IMG/VR virus record: IMGVR_UViG_3300049324_000053
Strand: one strand, 5' to 3'
DNA from: a virus
Length of the DNA stretch: 64,000 nt
Shown in pieces: positions 37,495-47,857 of this stretch; positions within the stretch are counted from its first letter, which is position 1, and the number at the start of each line of letters is the position of its first letter. Under the pieces are notes generated by a model. The model worked only from the letters and a program-made list of their open reading frames with translations, had not been told where the DNA came from and made no database searches. Made by a program: the position numbers and the translations under genes.

Positions 37495-37886
37495 CAGCCG
37501 ACCGTCCCTCGAACGGCTGCTACGACATCCACGGCCGACTGCTGTCCGACGTCGATGCCGTGCGCCTGATGCTGGAACCGGCCGCCTCGCACGTGCTGGC
37601 GCAAGACGCCCTGCGTGCACCCGAGGGCACCTACTGGCAGGTGCTGACCGTGTACGTCGGCGTCGACCACCGCGACAACCCGGCCGACCCGCCATTGATC
37701 TTCGAGACGCTTGTCGTCACCGAGGGCATCGTGGAACATGCGCTGCTGTGGCCGTGCCTTGGCGACGCGCTGACCGGTCATCACCGTGCGGTGAGCTTGC
37801 TGCGGACCGGGCGCCTCGACCAGGTGCCTCTCGTGTCCTTGTGGCAGCTGCCCTACGGCTGGCATTCGGACACGCTGTCGGGCTGA
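37491..37886 (+). CDS. Hypothetical phage protein
   Basis: 'TVYVGVDH...PLIFETLV...A..GH'. Confidence 0.65.
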   Translation: MTADRPSNGCYDIHGRLLSDVDAVRLMLEPAASHVLAQDALRAPEGTYWQVLTVYVGVDHRDNPADPPLIFETLVVTEGIVEHALLWPCLGDALTGHHRAVSLLRTGRLDQVPLVSLWQLPYGWHSDTLSG

Positions 37887-37950
37887 CGGTGGACGGCGCC
37901 GGCGATCCCCTGACCCTGGATCAACTCGCCGGCGCCGCGATCGCACGGTA

Positions 37951-38691
37951 TCAGGTGTCCTGCGGGTAGCTGCCGATGCTTGTCATGGTATCGGTGCCGT
38001 CCGGCAGGGTGTGGATCTCGAAGTCACCGAACACCGCCGGTGCGTGCGCTTTCAACAGGCGGCCAAGCTGCACGGCCAGCGTCCGGATCTCCACGTCGGC
38101 GGCCGCGGACCCGCGCATCGCCAGCACGTGACGCCACGCCCGGTAGTTGCCGGTCACCACCATTCGGGTCTCGGCCGCGTTCGGCAGTACCGCACGCGCC
38201 GCCTGACGCGCCGCCTTACGCCGGGCGGTGCCCGCCGGCAGATCCTGCAGATGATCGTCGAGGTTGATCAGCAGTTGTTCGTAAGCGGCCTGCGCGGTGT
38301 GCGCGGCGTGCCGGAAGATGCCGCGCAGCATCGGGTCGCCGGCGATGACGTCGGGCATGATGAACGCCACGTCCCGGCTGTCGACATACCGTTGCGACAG
38401 CTGCGAGAAGTTCAGATGCCGGTGGCGCACCAGTTCGTGTGAGCAGGACCGTGAAATGCCCGTCACGTAGAAGCTGACCGACGCGTGTTCCAGGACCGAC
38501 AGATGCCCGACGTCCAGCAGATGTGCGATGTAGCCGGCGTTGGTGGCGGTCGCCGGATTCGGCTTGTTCCACGACTGGTAGCAGGCGCGGCCGGCGAACT
38601 CCACCAGCGCCGGGCCGTCGTCGGCGTCGGTGGCCCAGGGCACGTCGGCCGGTGGGGCGAAGATGGTGGCGGCGATGAGCTGGACGTGCAT
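37951..38691 (-). CDS. thyX: FAD-dependent thymidylate synthase
   Basis: [47 protein letters not shown]. Confidence 0.97.
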   Translation of the reverse strand: MHVQLIAATIFAPPADVPWATDADDGPALVEFAGRACYQSWNKPNPATATNAGYIAHLLDVGHLSVLEHASVSFYVTGISRSCSHELVRHRHLNFSQLSQRYVDSRDVAFIMPDVIAGDPMLRGIFRHAAHTAQAAYEQLLINLDDHLQDLPAGTARRKAARQAARAVLPNAAETRMVVTGNYRAWRHVLAMRGSAAADVEIRTLAVQLGRLLKAHAPAVFGDFEIHTLPDGTDTMTSIGSYPQDT

Positions 38692-38730
38692 ACCCGCAGT
38701 ATCTCGTCCGCATCTGGGCAACAAGGGCGC

Positions 38731-39012
38731 ATGGGACTGCGCGGCGTGAGTGTCGAGAAATTCGGGCCCGGCGTGGAGATCACCGGCCGTACCGACGATG
38801 GCCGCAGCTGGCTGCTGCACACCGGCGACGTGCCCGGTGGTATCGCCTTGGAGGTTGTTCATGATCTGGACCCTGATGCCGACGAGGACGAGATCGACGC
38901 CCCCGACTGCCAGGTGCTCTACGCCGTCGACCTGCCGGCCGAGGCATGGGTCGCGCTGGTCAACACCGCGCTGTACGTGCCGCCGCCGGGCGCCGCGACG
39001 CTGCCGCTTTAG
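38731..39012 (+). CDS. Hypothetical protein
   Basis: RBS. Confidence 0.55.
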   Translation: MGLRGVSVEKFGPGVEITGRTDDGRSWLLHTGDVPGGIALEVVHDLDPDADEDEIDAPDCQVLYAVDLPAEAWVALVNTALYVPPPGAATLPL

Positions 39013-39248
39013 TCGGCTGCTTCGTACGTCGCGCAGAACACCTCGGCCGCGCACGGGTACAGCTCCCCGCCCGCGCCGCGCATCAGGTAGTCGCCGGCGC
39101 GTCCGGTCATCCGTCCTTCGAGGGTGTCGACAGCGAACGTCGTCGACATCTTTATCGCCTGCGTGAGGGTGGTCTTGCGGTAGGAGGTGAACACCAGGGC
39201 GCTGGGATCCGCGACGACGTCGTCGATGTAGAGCGTCGTCGGCTTCAT
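39009..39248 (-). CDS. PGDYG-like small phage protein
   Basis: 'TLEG.M....GDY...G..GELYPC...F..TYE'. Confidence 0.75.
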   Translation of the reverse strand: MKPTTLYIDDVVADPSALVFTSYRKTTLTQAIKMSTTFAVDTLEGRMTGRAGDYLMRGAGGELYPCAAEVFCATYEAAD

Positions 39249-39436
39249 GACGTCACGACCGCGTCGGCCAGTAGTTCCGGGTCGAACCCGAATTCGATGC
39301 CCGGCGCCAGCCAGGTGGGCCCGGTCAGGTACGGCCGCCAGGTGACCGGGGTCAAGGCGTCGCACCGGTCGCATGCAGCGGTGCGCGTGCTGACCAGCCA
39401 CTGCCCGCCGCAGAAATGCCGCAGAGCCTCTGTCAT
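39245..39436 (-). CDS. Small Zn-ribbon protein
   Basis: Coupled; HFCGG, CDRC. Confidence 0.5.
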   Translation of the reverse strand: MTEALRHFCGGQWLVSTRTAACDRCDALTPVTWRPYLTGPTWLAPGIEFGFDPELLADAVVTS

Positions 39437-39558
39437 GGGTACACAGTAGGCGCATGACGAACGGATCCGGGCGATCGACATAGCGATGCCCGGGGGATCC
39501 GGCCGAGACCGAATACGCACCCGGGCGCACGACGCCAGCGTACCCGTACGCTGCGGCC

Positions 39559-39732
39559 ATGGCATACGTGCAGGTGGATGACAAGCTGCTGCATCAGGTG
39601 GCCGAGGCGTTCGGCACGACCAGCGACCAGGAAGCCGTCGAGGGTGCGCTGTTGCATGTGCTGGCCTGGAACGAAGGCCAGCAGGAGGCGTTCGCGGCGT
39701 TCACGGCGTACCAGGCCCGCAATCAGCCGTGA
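39559..39732 (+). CDS. Orphan VapB-like RHH antitoxin (57 aa, not in ORF track)
   Basis: MAYVQVDDKLLHQVAEAFGTTSDQEAVEGAL; TACGCT 6 nt before ATG. Confidence 0.6.
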   Translation: MAYVQVDDKLLHQVAEAFGTTSDQEAVEGALLHVLAWNEGQQEAFAAFTAYQARNQP

Positions 39733-40106
39733 TCGCTCGGGCGGGCGCCGGTGCCGTCCCAGTACACCGCGTGGCCTTCGGTGACCAGGGTGTCCGACAG
39801 GTTCGTGCCGTCGGGCAGCACGACCTCGGCCATCCAAGCGCCAGTTCGGTCCGTTGGGGCGCCGTATTTATAGCCACGTAGTGTCGTGACGTTGACGGTG
39901 GCCGTGCCGAGCAGAGCCACGACCCGGTCGCGGGCGACTTTACCGGCCACCGACGACAGTGCGGGCGCGTTGATCCGGTTGACACGGACGCGCACCGGGA
40001 AGATGACCTTGCCTTCGAAGCCGATGTCCCGAATGACCTCGATGTCCAATGTGTCCCCATCGAGGACGCGCACTACCCGCGTGTTCGGCCACACCCAATC
40101 GGTCAT
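39723..40106 (-). CDS. Thermonuclease (SNase) family protein
   Basis: VVRVLDGDT, VRVNRINAP, KYG, LVTEGHA. Confidence 0.85.
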   Translation of the reverse strand: MTDWVWPNTRVVRVLDGDTLDIEVIRDIGFEGKVIFPVRVRVNRINAPALSSVAGKVARDRVVALLGTATVNVTTLRGYKYGAPTDRTGAWMAEVVLPDGTNLSDTLVTEGHAVYWDGTGARPSDHG

Positions 40107-40115
40107 AGTCCGACA

Positions 40116-40409
40116 TTACGGCGACTTCCGCAGCCGTTCGGTGGTCACGTCGACCGCGACCCGAAACAACCGGCTGATGACCACCGGCAGCACCCCGGCC
40201 ATCGACACCTGGTAGAGCCCGTCAGTTTCCAGCAGCCGGTCCCAGCACGGATCCAGCTCTTTGGTGTCTCCGAGCTTGATACCGCTGAACTGCTCGATCG
40301 GCGCCGGCGGATCAGCTGCGGTGCGCCCCACCGTCAGGCAGAACATGCAGGTGAACCCATGAGGCGGCTGACCGTGACAGTTGGTGCATTCCTGTGCTGT
40401 GTACCGCAT
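40116..40409 (-). CDS. Hypothetical protein with Cys motifs
   Basis: CTNC, CMFC. Confidence 0.5.
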   Translation of the reverse strand: MRYTAQECTNCHGQPPHGFTCMFCLTVGRTAADPPAPIEQFSGIKLGDTKELDPCWDRLLETDGLYQVSMAGVLPVVISRLFRVAVDVTTERLRKSP

Positions 40410-40420
40410 GGCGGGTGATC

Positions 40421-40624
40421 CTATGCCTGGCTGAGTGCTTCGGCGATCTCCTGCTCGGTCTCACCGTAGATCACAGCGACGGTCATCGACGGCAGCCCCA
40501 TCGTGACGATTTCCGTGGCGGGGATGTGGATGGGTCGGCCGGCCATGAGGTGCTCGACGTTCTGGCGTGACAACCCCAGGATCAGCAGCGGCGCATTGCC
40601 CGCCCGGCCGGTCGCTTTGATCAT
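40421..40624 (-). CDS. Small hypothetical protein
   Basis: 'LILGLSRQN..L..GRPI'; leaderless -10. Confidence 0.6.
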   Translation of the reverse strand: MIKATGRAGNAPLLILGLSRQNVEHLMAGRPIHIPATEIVTMGLPSMTVAVIYGETEQEIAEALSQA

Positions 40625-40713
40625 GGTGGCAGCGTAGTGGGGTTGTTTGTCGTCGCACAAGACGTGCCGATGGGCTGGAATGTCGCCTTCTGAACTCCGG
40701 CGGCAAACGGTCG

Positions 40714-41484
40714 TTAGGCGCCGGTAGGCGTGCTGGCGCGATGCGCGGTCCGCAGGGCGCGAGCAGCCTGGTCCAGCTCAAGACGGGTCGTGTCCAGCAA
40801 CGGCCAGCGCTCGTGATCGACGCATTCCAGCAGCCGTTCGCACGCGGCCGACGCCTGGCGTGCGCTCGCCTCCACCGCGGGCACCTCGTGGACCAGGTCG
40901 GCCAACGCGTGCGCCAATTCGTCGGCCGCGGTCCGTACCCGGGTGACGTACACCTCCCGCTGATCGGCGCGGTTGGTACTGGCCAGCTGGCCGGCGAGCC
41001 AGTCGGCGTTCACGCCGACCAGGTACGCCCAGAACGACACCCGCTCGGCTGTCGTCAGCCGCGGATACTGCTCGGGTAACGCCTCGTCACGCCGGTCGAA
41101 GTGCTCGACCGCGAGCGCCTGCCCAGGGTCGACGAGGCGGCAGTGGGCTTTACGGTCGTAGAAGGCGGCCTTGTAGAACACCGCCACCCGCTGCAGGCCG
41201 CGTGAATCGTACAGGTGCGACCACATTTGATGTTCGTGAGCCTGCCGGTACCAGCCGGCGGGCAGCGTGACGTGCCGGAACAGGTCGTCGTCGGCGACCG
41301 GCGGGCCGGGAACGAACCCGAGCGCTTCCAGCTGCGACCAGGGGCCGTCGACGGGCAGCAGACCGCTGGCAACCAGCTGATCCTGTCCGGCCTGCTCCAT
41401 GTCGGTGATGTAGTTGTTGATGTCGTCCGCCACAGCGGCGTGCAGATGGTCGTAGGGGGTACGGTTCGCCGTGTTCTCGATCAA
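40714..41484 (-). CDS. Hypothetical protein
   Basis: AAGGGA RBS + TTG; 'DDLFRHVTLPAGW...HQMWS...R..VFYKAAFYDR'. Confidence 0.7.
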   Translation of the reverse strand: MIENTANRTPYDHLHAAVADDINNYITDMEQAGQDQLVASGLLPVDGPWSQLEALGFVPGPPVADDDLFRHVTLPAGWYRQAHEHQMWSHLYDSRGLQRVAVFYKAAFYDRKAHCRLVDPGQALAVEHFDRRDEALPEQYPRLTTAERVSFWAYLVGVNADWLAGQLASTNRADQREVYVTRVRTAADELAHALADLVHEVPAVEASARQASAACERLLECVDHERWPLLDTTRLELDQAARALRTAHRASTPTGA

Positions 41485-41958
41485 TGTTCGGTCCCTTCTC
41501 GCTGCGAGTAGGGGCGCCGGCCCGCACGTAGTACCCGCACCCCGGTGTGCGGGCCGGCGCAGCCGGCGCACGCCCGCACACCATGACGCACGCATTCTCC
41601 TGAACGGATCCGTCGTGCCGCCAGGGCCAGCACGGCGGCGTTCAGCGACTGGGTTGCCACCAGGGGGGCCGTTGCTTGCCTGCTGGCGGCCAGGCGGCAA
41701 GCGGCGCGTAGTTGCAGGTCGGACAGGGCCAGCTCGGCGTCGGTCGAAAGCCATACCCGCCGAGGTCGTCGGGAAAGACGCATGCGTTCCACCCTCATGC
41801 GCTCCACCCTCGCGCCGGTGACGTCCCATACCGGACATCTGGCGAACCAGGCGCGTCGTGTGCCCGCCGGGTGTCGCGCAGATTCTGACCGGTCGGCGTC
41901 GATGTATCCAGTGCCAGGATCGTCAGCGCCCCGCGGGTGTGCCTTGGAAGGAATACCG

Positions 41959-42111
41959 ATGGTGCTCATTCTGATCTTCCTGCTGGCGGCGCTGGTGCTG
42001 CTCGGGCTCGGTTTCACTGCGCACGTGCTGTGGGTCATCGCGGTGGTGGCGTTGGCTGTTGCCGCGGGACTGTGGACCTACGACCATCTGCGTGCTCGAC
42101 GGGGCACCTAG
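41959..42111 (+). CDS. Small hydrophobic membrane protein
   Basis: AAGGA RBS; two TM helices. Confidence 0.7.
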   Translation: MVLILIFLLAALVLLGLGFTAHVLWVIAVVALAVAAGLWTYDHLRARRGT

Positions 42112-42394
42112 CTGTGAGCCTGCGCCGGCGCTGGCATCGTGCTACCCCGGTAGAACTGCACACGATGCTGCGTCTGCTGCTCGCGGAGCCTGCTTTCTTG
42201 CCGTCGATCGACGAACAGCCTCCGGTTCGCTGCCTGGCTTGTGACGCCGTTCGGTATGTCAGTCCGATGGTGCTGGACAGCATCTGGTGTGGGCAGCGGT
42301 GGTTGGCATTGTGCGCCCGCTGTCAGCGTTCACTGTGGCGTGGGACGACGACACGCGGGACGACGACACACCGCGTTACTTCCCTGACGTGATC

Positions 42395-42874
42395 ATGTCC
42401 GGCTGCGATCGTGATCCTGTGACCCGGCCCGCGGAGTTGACCCGCGACGAGATCGCTCTCGTGCGCGTCGAGGCGTGGGTCGATGCCGACGGCTGGAGCC
42501 AGCATCCACGGCTGCTGTGGCTGGACGCTAGCCGCGATCATGCACATGAGATTCGGCTGTCCCCGGCATGGTGGGCCACAGACCCCGAGGTCACGCTGGC
42601 CATCGTCGTCAATGTGCTGAGGCGCCGGCAGAACCTGGTTCCTGCCGCGGATGCTTGGGTGCTGGTGTTCGAGGCGACCCGGGTGATGTGTGACGAGGAC
42701 GGCCGGGAGCATTCCGACCGGGTGCGGATGGCGGACATGGCGACTGCGGACGGCCGGCTGGTGCGCATCGTGCGCCCGCAGGCGCTGGCCGCGTTCGAGG
42801 ATGCGGTCACCTTGGTGGTGTTCGATGCGGCCGAGCCGCGGGCGCGGCTGCTGCTGGCGCTCGCGCAGCGTTAG
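42395..42874 (+). CDS. Hypothetical protein
   Basis: Plausible ORF. Confidence 0.55.
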   Translation: MSGCDRDPVTRPAELTRDEIALVRVEAWVDADGWSQHPRLLWLDASRDHAHEIRLSPAWWATDPEVTLAIVVNVLRRRQNLVPAADAWVLVFEATRVMCDEDGREHSDRVRMADMATADGRLVRIVRPQALAAFEDAVTLVVFDAAEPRARLLLALAQR

Positions 42875-43215
42875 GTCGCCGGTCTGGGCATGACGAATCC
42901 GCTTGCAGCGGGTTCGGGACAGTCCTCGCACTCAAGTGCCTGGCCGGCTTCAAGCCAGACCTCCAGGTCGCAGCGATGGTGGGTGCAGATCGGGCTGTAC
43001 CGCAGATGGATGTTGTCGCAGCAGCGCACGAGAAAGCCGGCGGCCGGTTCGTCGCAGGCGTGGGCACCGTCGTTGTCGTTGATCGGCACGATGCACGGCG
43101 GTCCGACGCGTAGCAGGATTGCCCACAGCGCCTCGGGCATCCGGTCGGTTTCGGTCAGCAGGCGAACGAACGCCGGTCCGTGATCTTGATTGTCCACCAC
43201 GTGAATTGTCATCAT
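42871..43215 (-). CDS. Cys-rich hypothetical protein
   Basis: Multiple Cys pairs. Confidence 0.5.
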   Translation of the reverse strand: MMTIHVVDNQDHGPAFVRLLTETDRMPEALWAILLRVGPPCIVPINDNDGAHACDEPAAGFLVRCCDNIHLRYSPICTHHRCDLEVWLEAGQALECEDCPEPAASGFVMPRPAT

Positions 43216-43587
43216 TTCAGCGTGACACCGGTGTGGGCAGCTGTGTTGATGCCGCGCGTGAGGTTCGCGGTGATGATGCAACCTGTCCGTGGAACGACTG
43301 TCGAGGACAGGTTGATTTTCTCTTCATCGTGCACATGTCATCCACATGGTCTGTGTTAAAGAACTGCTGAGAACACTTGGCTACACTGCAGGCGCCATGC
43401 AAACGTCATGCATGTCGACAGCAGAGCACCTACCTTCTGACCTGCGGTTTACCATGGCTTCATCTTGCAGGCGATACGTGGATCATCAGCGTGATGACAC
43501 GCCGGGACTGTGTATCCGGCACCCGGTGCATCTGGGCGTGGTATGCGATAAGCTCAACGCCCGACCCTCATGCAAGCAGGTGCCCGC

Positions 43588-44499
43588 ATGCCGACCACTC
43601 CACCCGACGACGCCCTGCGTCCCGTCCTGGACCGTGTCATCGCCCTGACCAACGGCAAAGGCGGTGTCGGCAAGACGTCCACCACCGCCGCCCTCGCCGT
43701 TCAGCTCGCCGAAGCCGGCCTACACGTCCTGGCCGTCGACCTCGACCCGCAAGGCGACCTTGCCGACGACCTGGGCTACATCGCGCGCAGCGACCTCGGC
43801 GAGAACCTGATGTCCGCCGTCCTGACCGGCCGGCCGCTGACCCCGCTGACCGGCGTACGCCCCGGCCTGGACGTCGTGCCCGGCGGTGCGCATCTCGAAG
43901 ACCTCGCCGACGCCCTCGCCGCGATGAACCGCCGGCGTGACACCCGGCTGGCGTTCGCGCGCAGCCTCGCCGCCACCCTCGCCGCCACCCATTACGACTT
44001 CGTGCTCGTCGACACCCCCGGCAAAGGCCCGGTCCTGCAGATGCAGGCCCTCGGCGCCGCCCGCTGGGTGCTCATCCCGTTCCGCTCGGACACCAGCAGC
44101 ATGAAGAACCTCGCCGAGGTCGCCCGCCGGTTCGAGGAGGTTGCCGACGTCAACCCCACCATCGCGGTGCTCGGCGTGTTCCTGCACGGCGTCACCGCCG
44201 GCGCGACCGCCGTCCGCCGCGACGTCTACGCCAGGATCCGGGAGTTGCTGGGCAACGGGGTGCCGATCTTGTCGTCCTGGGTGCGGTACGCCGAAGCCGC
44301 CGCCGTCGACGTGCGCGCCCGCGGCCAGGTCCCCGGGGAACTCGAACGGCTGCCCGCCGCCGGACCCTGGTACGCCCGGCTGCGTGACCCCGCACTGCCC
44401 ACCGGACCGGCCGCGAGCAGTGCCACCCTCGCCGGCGACTACCAGCACCTCGCCGAGGAGATTTTCACCCGCCTGAGCGCCGAGGAGACCACGTCTTGA
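43588..44499 (+). CDS. parA: ParA family partition ATPase
   Basis: NGKGGVGKTS, VDLDPQG, VLVDTP. Confidence 0.95.
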   Translation: MPTTPPDDALRPVLDRVIALTNGKGGVGKTSTTAALAVQLAEAGLHVLAVDLDPQGDLADDLGYIARSDLGENLMSAVLTGRPLTPLTGVRPGLDVVPGGAHLEDLADALAAMNRRRDTRLAFARSLAATLAATHYDFVLVDTPGKGPVLQMQALGAARWVLIPFRSDTSSMKNLAEVARRFEEVADVNPTIAVLGVFLHGVTAGATAVRRDVYARIRELLGNGVPILSSWVRYAEAAAVDVRARGQVPGELERLPAAGPWYARLRDPALPTGPAASSATLAGDYQHLAEEIFTRLSAEETTS

Positions 44500-44987
44500 G
44501 CAGCGACGACCCGCGGCCGCCGCACCCCGCTTTCGCCGCGCTCGACCCGGCGGCCCGCTCCCAGAAACTTGCCGCGCTCGCCCTCGCCCGGCCGCCGGCC
44601 GCCCCGGTGCAGGCGGTCCCCGCCTCGATCCAGCAGCCAGGCACCGCGACGCAGCTGCTGCAGGTATCGCTGTGGATCACGGCTGGTCAGCATCGGCGTA
44701 TCAGCAACGACCCTCGCGCGAACGGCGACGTCGTTCTGGACATCATCGAACAGCTGTCCGGACAGCTGGCGGACATCTTCGCGCCCCGCGACGGGGAACA
44801 CTTCACCGGTCCCCGCCGCGGGCTGGTGCGCGGCCCGTTCAGCCAGCTGTACATCCAGCTGACCCGGGAGGACCGCGACACCCTCAACCTGCTCGCCGCG
44901 CGCTACGTGCCGATGCCGTCCGGGCGCGGCAACCGGTCAGCGTTCGTGCGTGCCGTGCTCGCCGCGGCGTTTACGCGCAGCAGCTGA
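44496..44987 (+). CDS. Putative ParA partner (C-terminal RHH, type Ib centromere-binding-like)
   Basis: Coupled to parA; 'LYIQLTREDRDTLNLLA...NRSAFVRAVL'. Confidence 0.65.
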   Translation: MSSDDPRPPHPAFAALDPAARSQKLAALALARPPAAPVQAVPASIQQPGTATQLLQVSLWITAGQHRRISNDPRANGDVVLDIIEQLSGQLADIFAPRDGEHFTGPRRGLVRGPFSQLYIQLTREDRDTLNLLAARYVPMPSGRGNRSAFVRAVLAAAFTRSS

Positions 44988-45049
44988 CAGCAGGCCGTCA
45001 ATCATTGATTCGGTAGGTCGTCGCAGGGCCTTGGTTATAGCATCACGGC

Positions 45050-45574
45050 ATGGGCAAGCCGAAACCGAATCCGGACCGTGCACTAGTTCCGGTCGTCGTG
45101 GCCAACAGGCTCGGCGTTCGCGTGAGCGTACTTGCAGGCTGGATGCGTGCAGTTGGCGCCGACGGTGATGGACCATTGCGTGAGGCGGACGTGATCAAGT
45201 GGCGCGCTGACCCGAGTTCGGCGCCTGAGTGGTTTCGTACGAACATGCAGTCGTTCTATGCCGATCGCGAATTGCGGCGGCAGGCCAGAGCTGAACGTGA
45301 CGCACGGTTGGCGGCGGAGTATCGGGATGCCGTATCCGCGGCCTACGAGGTCGTTTGCGAGCTTCTGCGGACGCGGGACCGGAAGTTGTGGCAGGGTCGA
45401 TGGCTCGAACGGCATCCGGCGCATGAACAAGCATTCCTGGAGATCGTGGTGCGCGCGATGAAGGACAGCGGCCTGGCCTTCGACGGCGAACCGGATTTTA
45501 CCTACCTCGGTATCGAGGAACGCGAAGCGCTGCGCGTGTGCGGCTACGACGTTCCGGAGCCTGCGCTGTTGTGA
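45050..45574 (+). CDS. Hypothetical protein (N-terminal HTH-like)
   Basis: TAGCAT 6 nt before ATG. Confidence 0.65.
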   Translation: MGKPKPNPDRALVPVVVANRLGVRVSVLAGWMRAVGADGDGPLREADVIKWRADPSSAPEWFRTNMQSFYADRELRRQARAERDARLAAEYRDAVSAAYEVVCELLRTRDRKLWQGRWLERHPAHEQAFLEIVVRAMKDSGLAFDGEPDFTYLGIEEREALRVCGYDVPEPALL

Positions 45575-45810
45575 CGTGAGGCCGCACGTAGCACGCCGTC
45601 GGCCCACTGCTTGCCCTGCGCCCGCTGTTCCGGTGTCAGTGGGTCGAGGTCTTCTTCTATCAGGGCGATCGCGCGGCTCATCTGCACGATCTTGTCCCGG
45701 CGTTCCAGTTCGGCCGCCAACGCCGCGGTGGTCAACGCCGAGATGTCCAGGTGCGCGGCACGCGCCGCGGCCAGCAGTTCGTCCGGCAGACTGATGCGTA
45801 CTCGGGCCAT
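45544..45810 (-). CDS. CcdA-family RHH antitoxin-like protein (orphan)
   Basis: MARVRISLPDELLAAARAAHLDISAL..AAL..EL. Confidence 0.8.
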   Translation of the reverse strand: MARVRISLPDELLAAARAAHLDISALTTAALAAELERRDKIVQMSRAIALIEEDLDPLTPEQRAQGKQWADGVLRAASRHNSAGSGTS

Positions 45811-45843
45811 GAGCGTCAGTCTGCCGGACGGGGTGCGTGGATG

Positions 45844-46731
45844 TCAGCTGGTCGTCGGGTCCATGAACCGGGCGTACTCGCCCTGGAAGACGACGGGGAT
45901 GGTGCCGGTTTTCCCGTTGGGGTTCTTGGCCACGATCAGCTCCGCTTCCGTGATCTGCGGGTCGTCCGGGTGTCCTTGTTCCCGGTGGAGCAGGATGACG
46001 ATGTCGGCCTGTCGTTCGCTGGCATTGGACTCGTATAGGTCGGCCATTGTCGGGCGCTTTTCCGTCGCCGGTTCCTGGGGGTGTTCCAGTTGCGTGGTCG
46101 CCACGATCGTTACGTTCAGCTCCATCGCCAGCAGTTTGAGCGCCCGGCTGATGTCGGCGATCTCCAGATGGCGCGACTCGGAGTCCGGCGAGTCAAGCAG
46201 CTCCAGCCGGTCGATCACGATCAGAGCCAGTCCCGGATCGAAGTTCAGGCGGCAGGCTATCGCCCGGATCTGGGCGACAGTCGGGAATGGCGACCCGTCG
46301 ACGAAAAGCGGCGTGGTTTTCAGTTTCTCCAGCACCGGCGTGAGTCGTGCCCAGCCTTCGTCGCTGACGCATCTGTTACGTAGCTGCACCACCGGGACGC
46401 CGGCCTCAGCTGCAAGCAGCCGTTGTACGACGGCTGCATGGCTCATCTCTGGTGTAGCGAACAGTGTCGACACTTGATGCTTCATCGTGGTGTTGCGGGC
46501 GAAGCTCAGCGCGAGAGCTGATTTGCCGGCGGAAGCCCGCGAGCCTATGACAACGAGCTGGCCGGGGCGCAGTCCTCCGTCGGTGAGTTCGTCGAGCGCT
46601 GCGATCCCGGTCGGCAGGACAGCCGGCCGCGTACGGTCGGTTCGTTCTGCCGCCAGTCTGATCATGGTCTCTTGTAGTGCGGTGCTGATGTGGATGGGGT
46701 CTTTGCCGGGCGAAGCCTCGCTGGTCTCCAT
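45844..46731 (-). CDS. Truncated DnaB C-terminal domain paralogue (Walker A intact, Arg finger lost)
   Basis: PTGIAALDELT, GSRASAGKS, PEMS, IDRLELL, DLYESNASERQAD, KNPNG. Confidence 0.85.
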   Translation of the reverse strand: METSEASPGKDPIHISTALQETMIRLAAERTDRTRPAVLPTGIAALDELTDGGLRPGQLVVIGSRASAGKSALALSFARNTTMKHQVSTLFATPEMSHAAVVQRLLAAEAGVPVVQLRNRCVSDEGWARLTPVLEKLKTTPLFVDGSPFPTVAQIRAIACRLNFDPGLALIVIDRLELLDSPDSESRHLEIADISRALKLLAMELNVTIVATTQLEHPQEPATEKRPTMADLYESNASERQADIVILLHREQGHPDDPQITEAELIVAKNPNGKTGTIPVVFQGEYARFMDPTTS

Positions 46732-46779
46732 GGTCGTGACACGTTTCCTTCTTCGTGGTCGTTCGACGCGTACTGGTTG

Positions 46780-47835
46780 TTATCGGCCTTCGGAGGCGTG
46801 CTCCGTCGGCAGCTGGATGAATCGGCTGTAGTCATCCTGATAGAGCAGCGGCACGACACCGACAGGGCCGTTGCGGTGCTTCTCCAGGATCAGATCGACC
46901 TCGCCTGCCTGAAAGCCCTGTGGGTCGTAGGCCGCATCCCGGTGCAGCATGAGGACCATGTCGGCATCCTGCTCAAGGGTTCCGGACTCGCGCAGGTCCG
47001 ACAGCATCGGCCGGTCGCCCTTGCGCCGCTTGAGGTTGCGGTTGATCTGGGAGACGACGACCAGCGGCACATCCAGTTCTTTCGCCAGGTGTTTTAGTGA
47101 CCGGTGGGTGAGGGCGACGTCCTGATGGTGCTGGTCGGTGCGCTGAGCGTGCCGTAGCAGCTGCAGGTAGTCCACGATGACCAGCGACAGGCCGCGCTGT
47201 TGCTGCAGCCGTAGGGCTTTACTTCGCAGCTTGGCGACGGACAGGTAGGACGAGTCGTCGATGAGTAGTGGAACCGATTCCAGGGCGTCAAGATGACGGG
47301 TGAGGCGGATCCATTCCTCGTCGGACAGGTTGGGCTTCTTGTGGCGCATCTCCGGCAGGGGAATGCTTGCTTCGGCGGCCAGCACTCGTGTGGTGATCTC
47401 CGATTGGCTCGTTTCCAAGCTGAACAGTGCCGTCGTCTGGCCCTGCGCGATGGCAGCATGGCGGGCGAAGTCCAATGCCAGGGAGAACTTCGGAATGGTT
47501 CGTGGTCCTGCTATCACGATCAGCTGTTGCGCCCGTAGGCCGCCGCCGGTCAACCAGTCCAGCCCAGGGATGCCGGTCATCACCTGATCTGTCCGCTTGA
47601 CACCGTTCTGCTGGGCCCTGATCGCCTCTAACGTGGCTTGTACGCTTTCTCCGGCATGCACAAGGTTGCGCGTTGCGTGCGTTGCGGCGGTTGTCGAATA
47701 CATCACCGTCTGCCCGGGGGCAGCCGAGTCGTCCTCGTCGGTGGCGCGGGTGTAGCCGTACTGAGCCAGGTCCAGGCCGGCGGCCCGAGCCGCGCGCAGC
47801 AGTTCGGTCGGAAGCGTGATCCTCATCGGGCGCAT
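46780..47835 (-). CDS. CcdA-like N-terminus fused to a DnaB C-terminal domain (Walker A broken)
   Basis: MRPMRITLPTELLRAARAAGLDL; AGPRTIPKFS; DYLQLL, SQINR, DLRESGTLEQDAD, KHRNGP. Confidence 0.88.
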   Translation of the reverse strand: MRPMRITLPTELLRAARAAGLDLAQYGYTRATDEDDSAAPGQTVMYSTTAATHATRNLVHAGESVQATLEAIRAQQNGVKRTDQVMTGIPGLDWLTGGGLRAQQLIVIAGPRTIPKFSLALDFARHAAIAQGQTTALFSLETSQSEITTRVLAAEASIPLPEMRHKKPNLSDEEWIRLTRHLDALESVPLLIDDSSYLSVAKLRSKALRLQQQRGLSLVIVDYLQLLRHAQRTDQHHQDVALTHRSLKHLAKELDVPLVVVSQINRNLKRRKGDRPMLSDLRESGTLEQDADMVLMLHRDAAYDPQGFQAGEVDLILEKHRNGPVGVVPLLYQDDYSRFIQLPTEHASEGR

Positions 47836-47857
47836 GAGCGAAGTATGCCGATCGTTG

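Noticed and set aside
39009-39248. Assignment as a named anti-defence nucleotide sponge
   Set aside because: The family motif is recognisable, but I cannot tie it to a characterised protein without a search.
45844-47835. Frameshifted pieces of a single dnaB pseudogene
   Set aside because: Each ORF separately spans the whole C-terminal domain and has its own start signal, so they are paralogues rather than halves.
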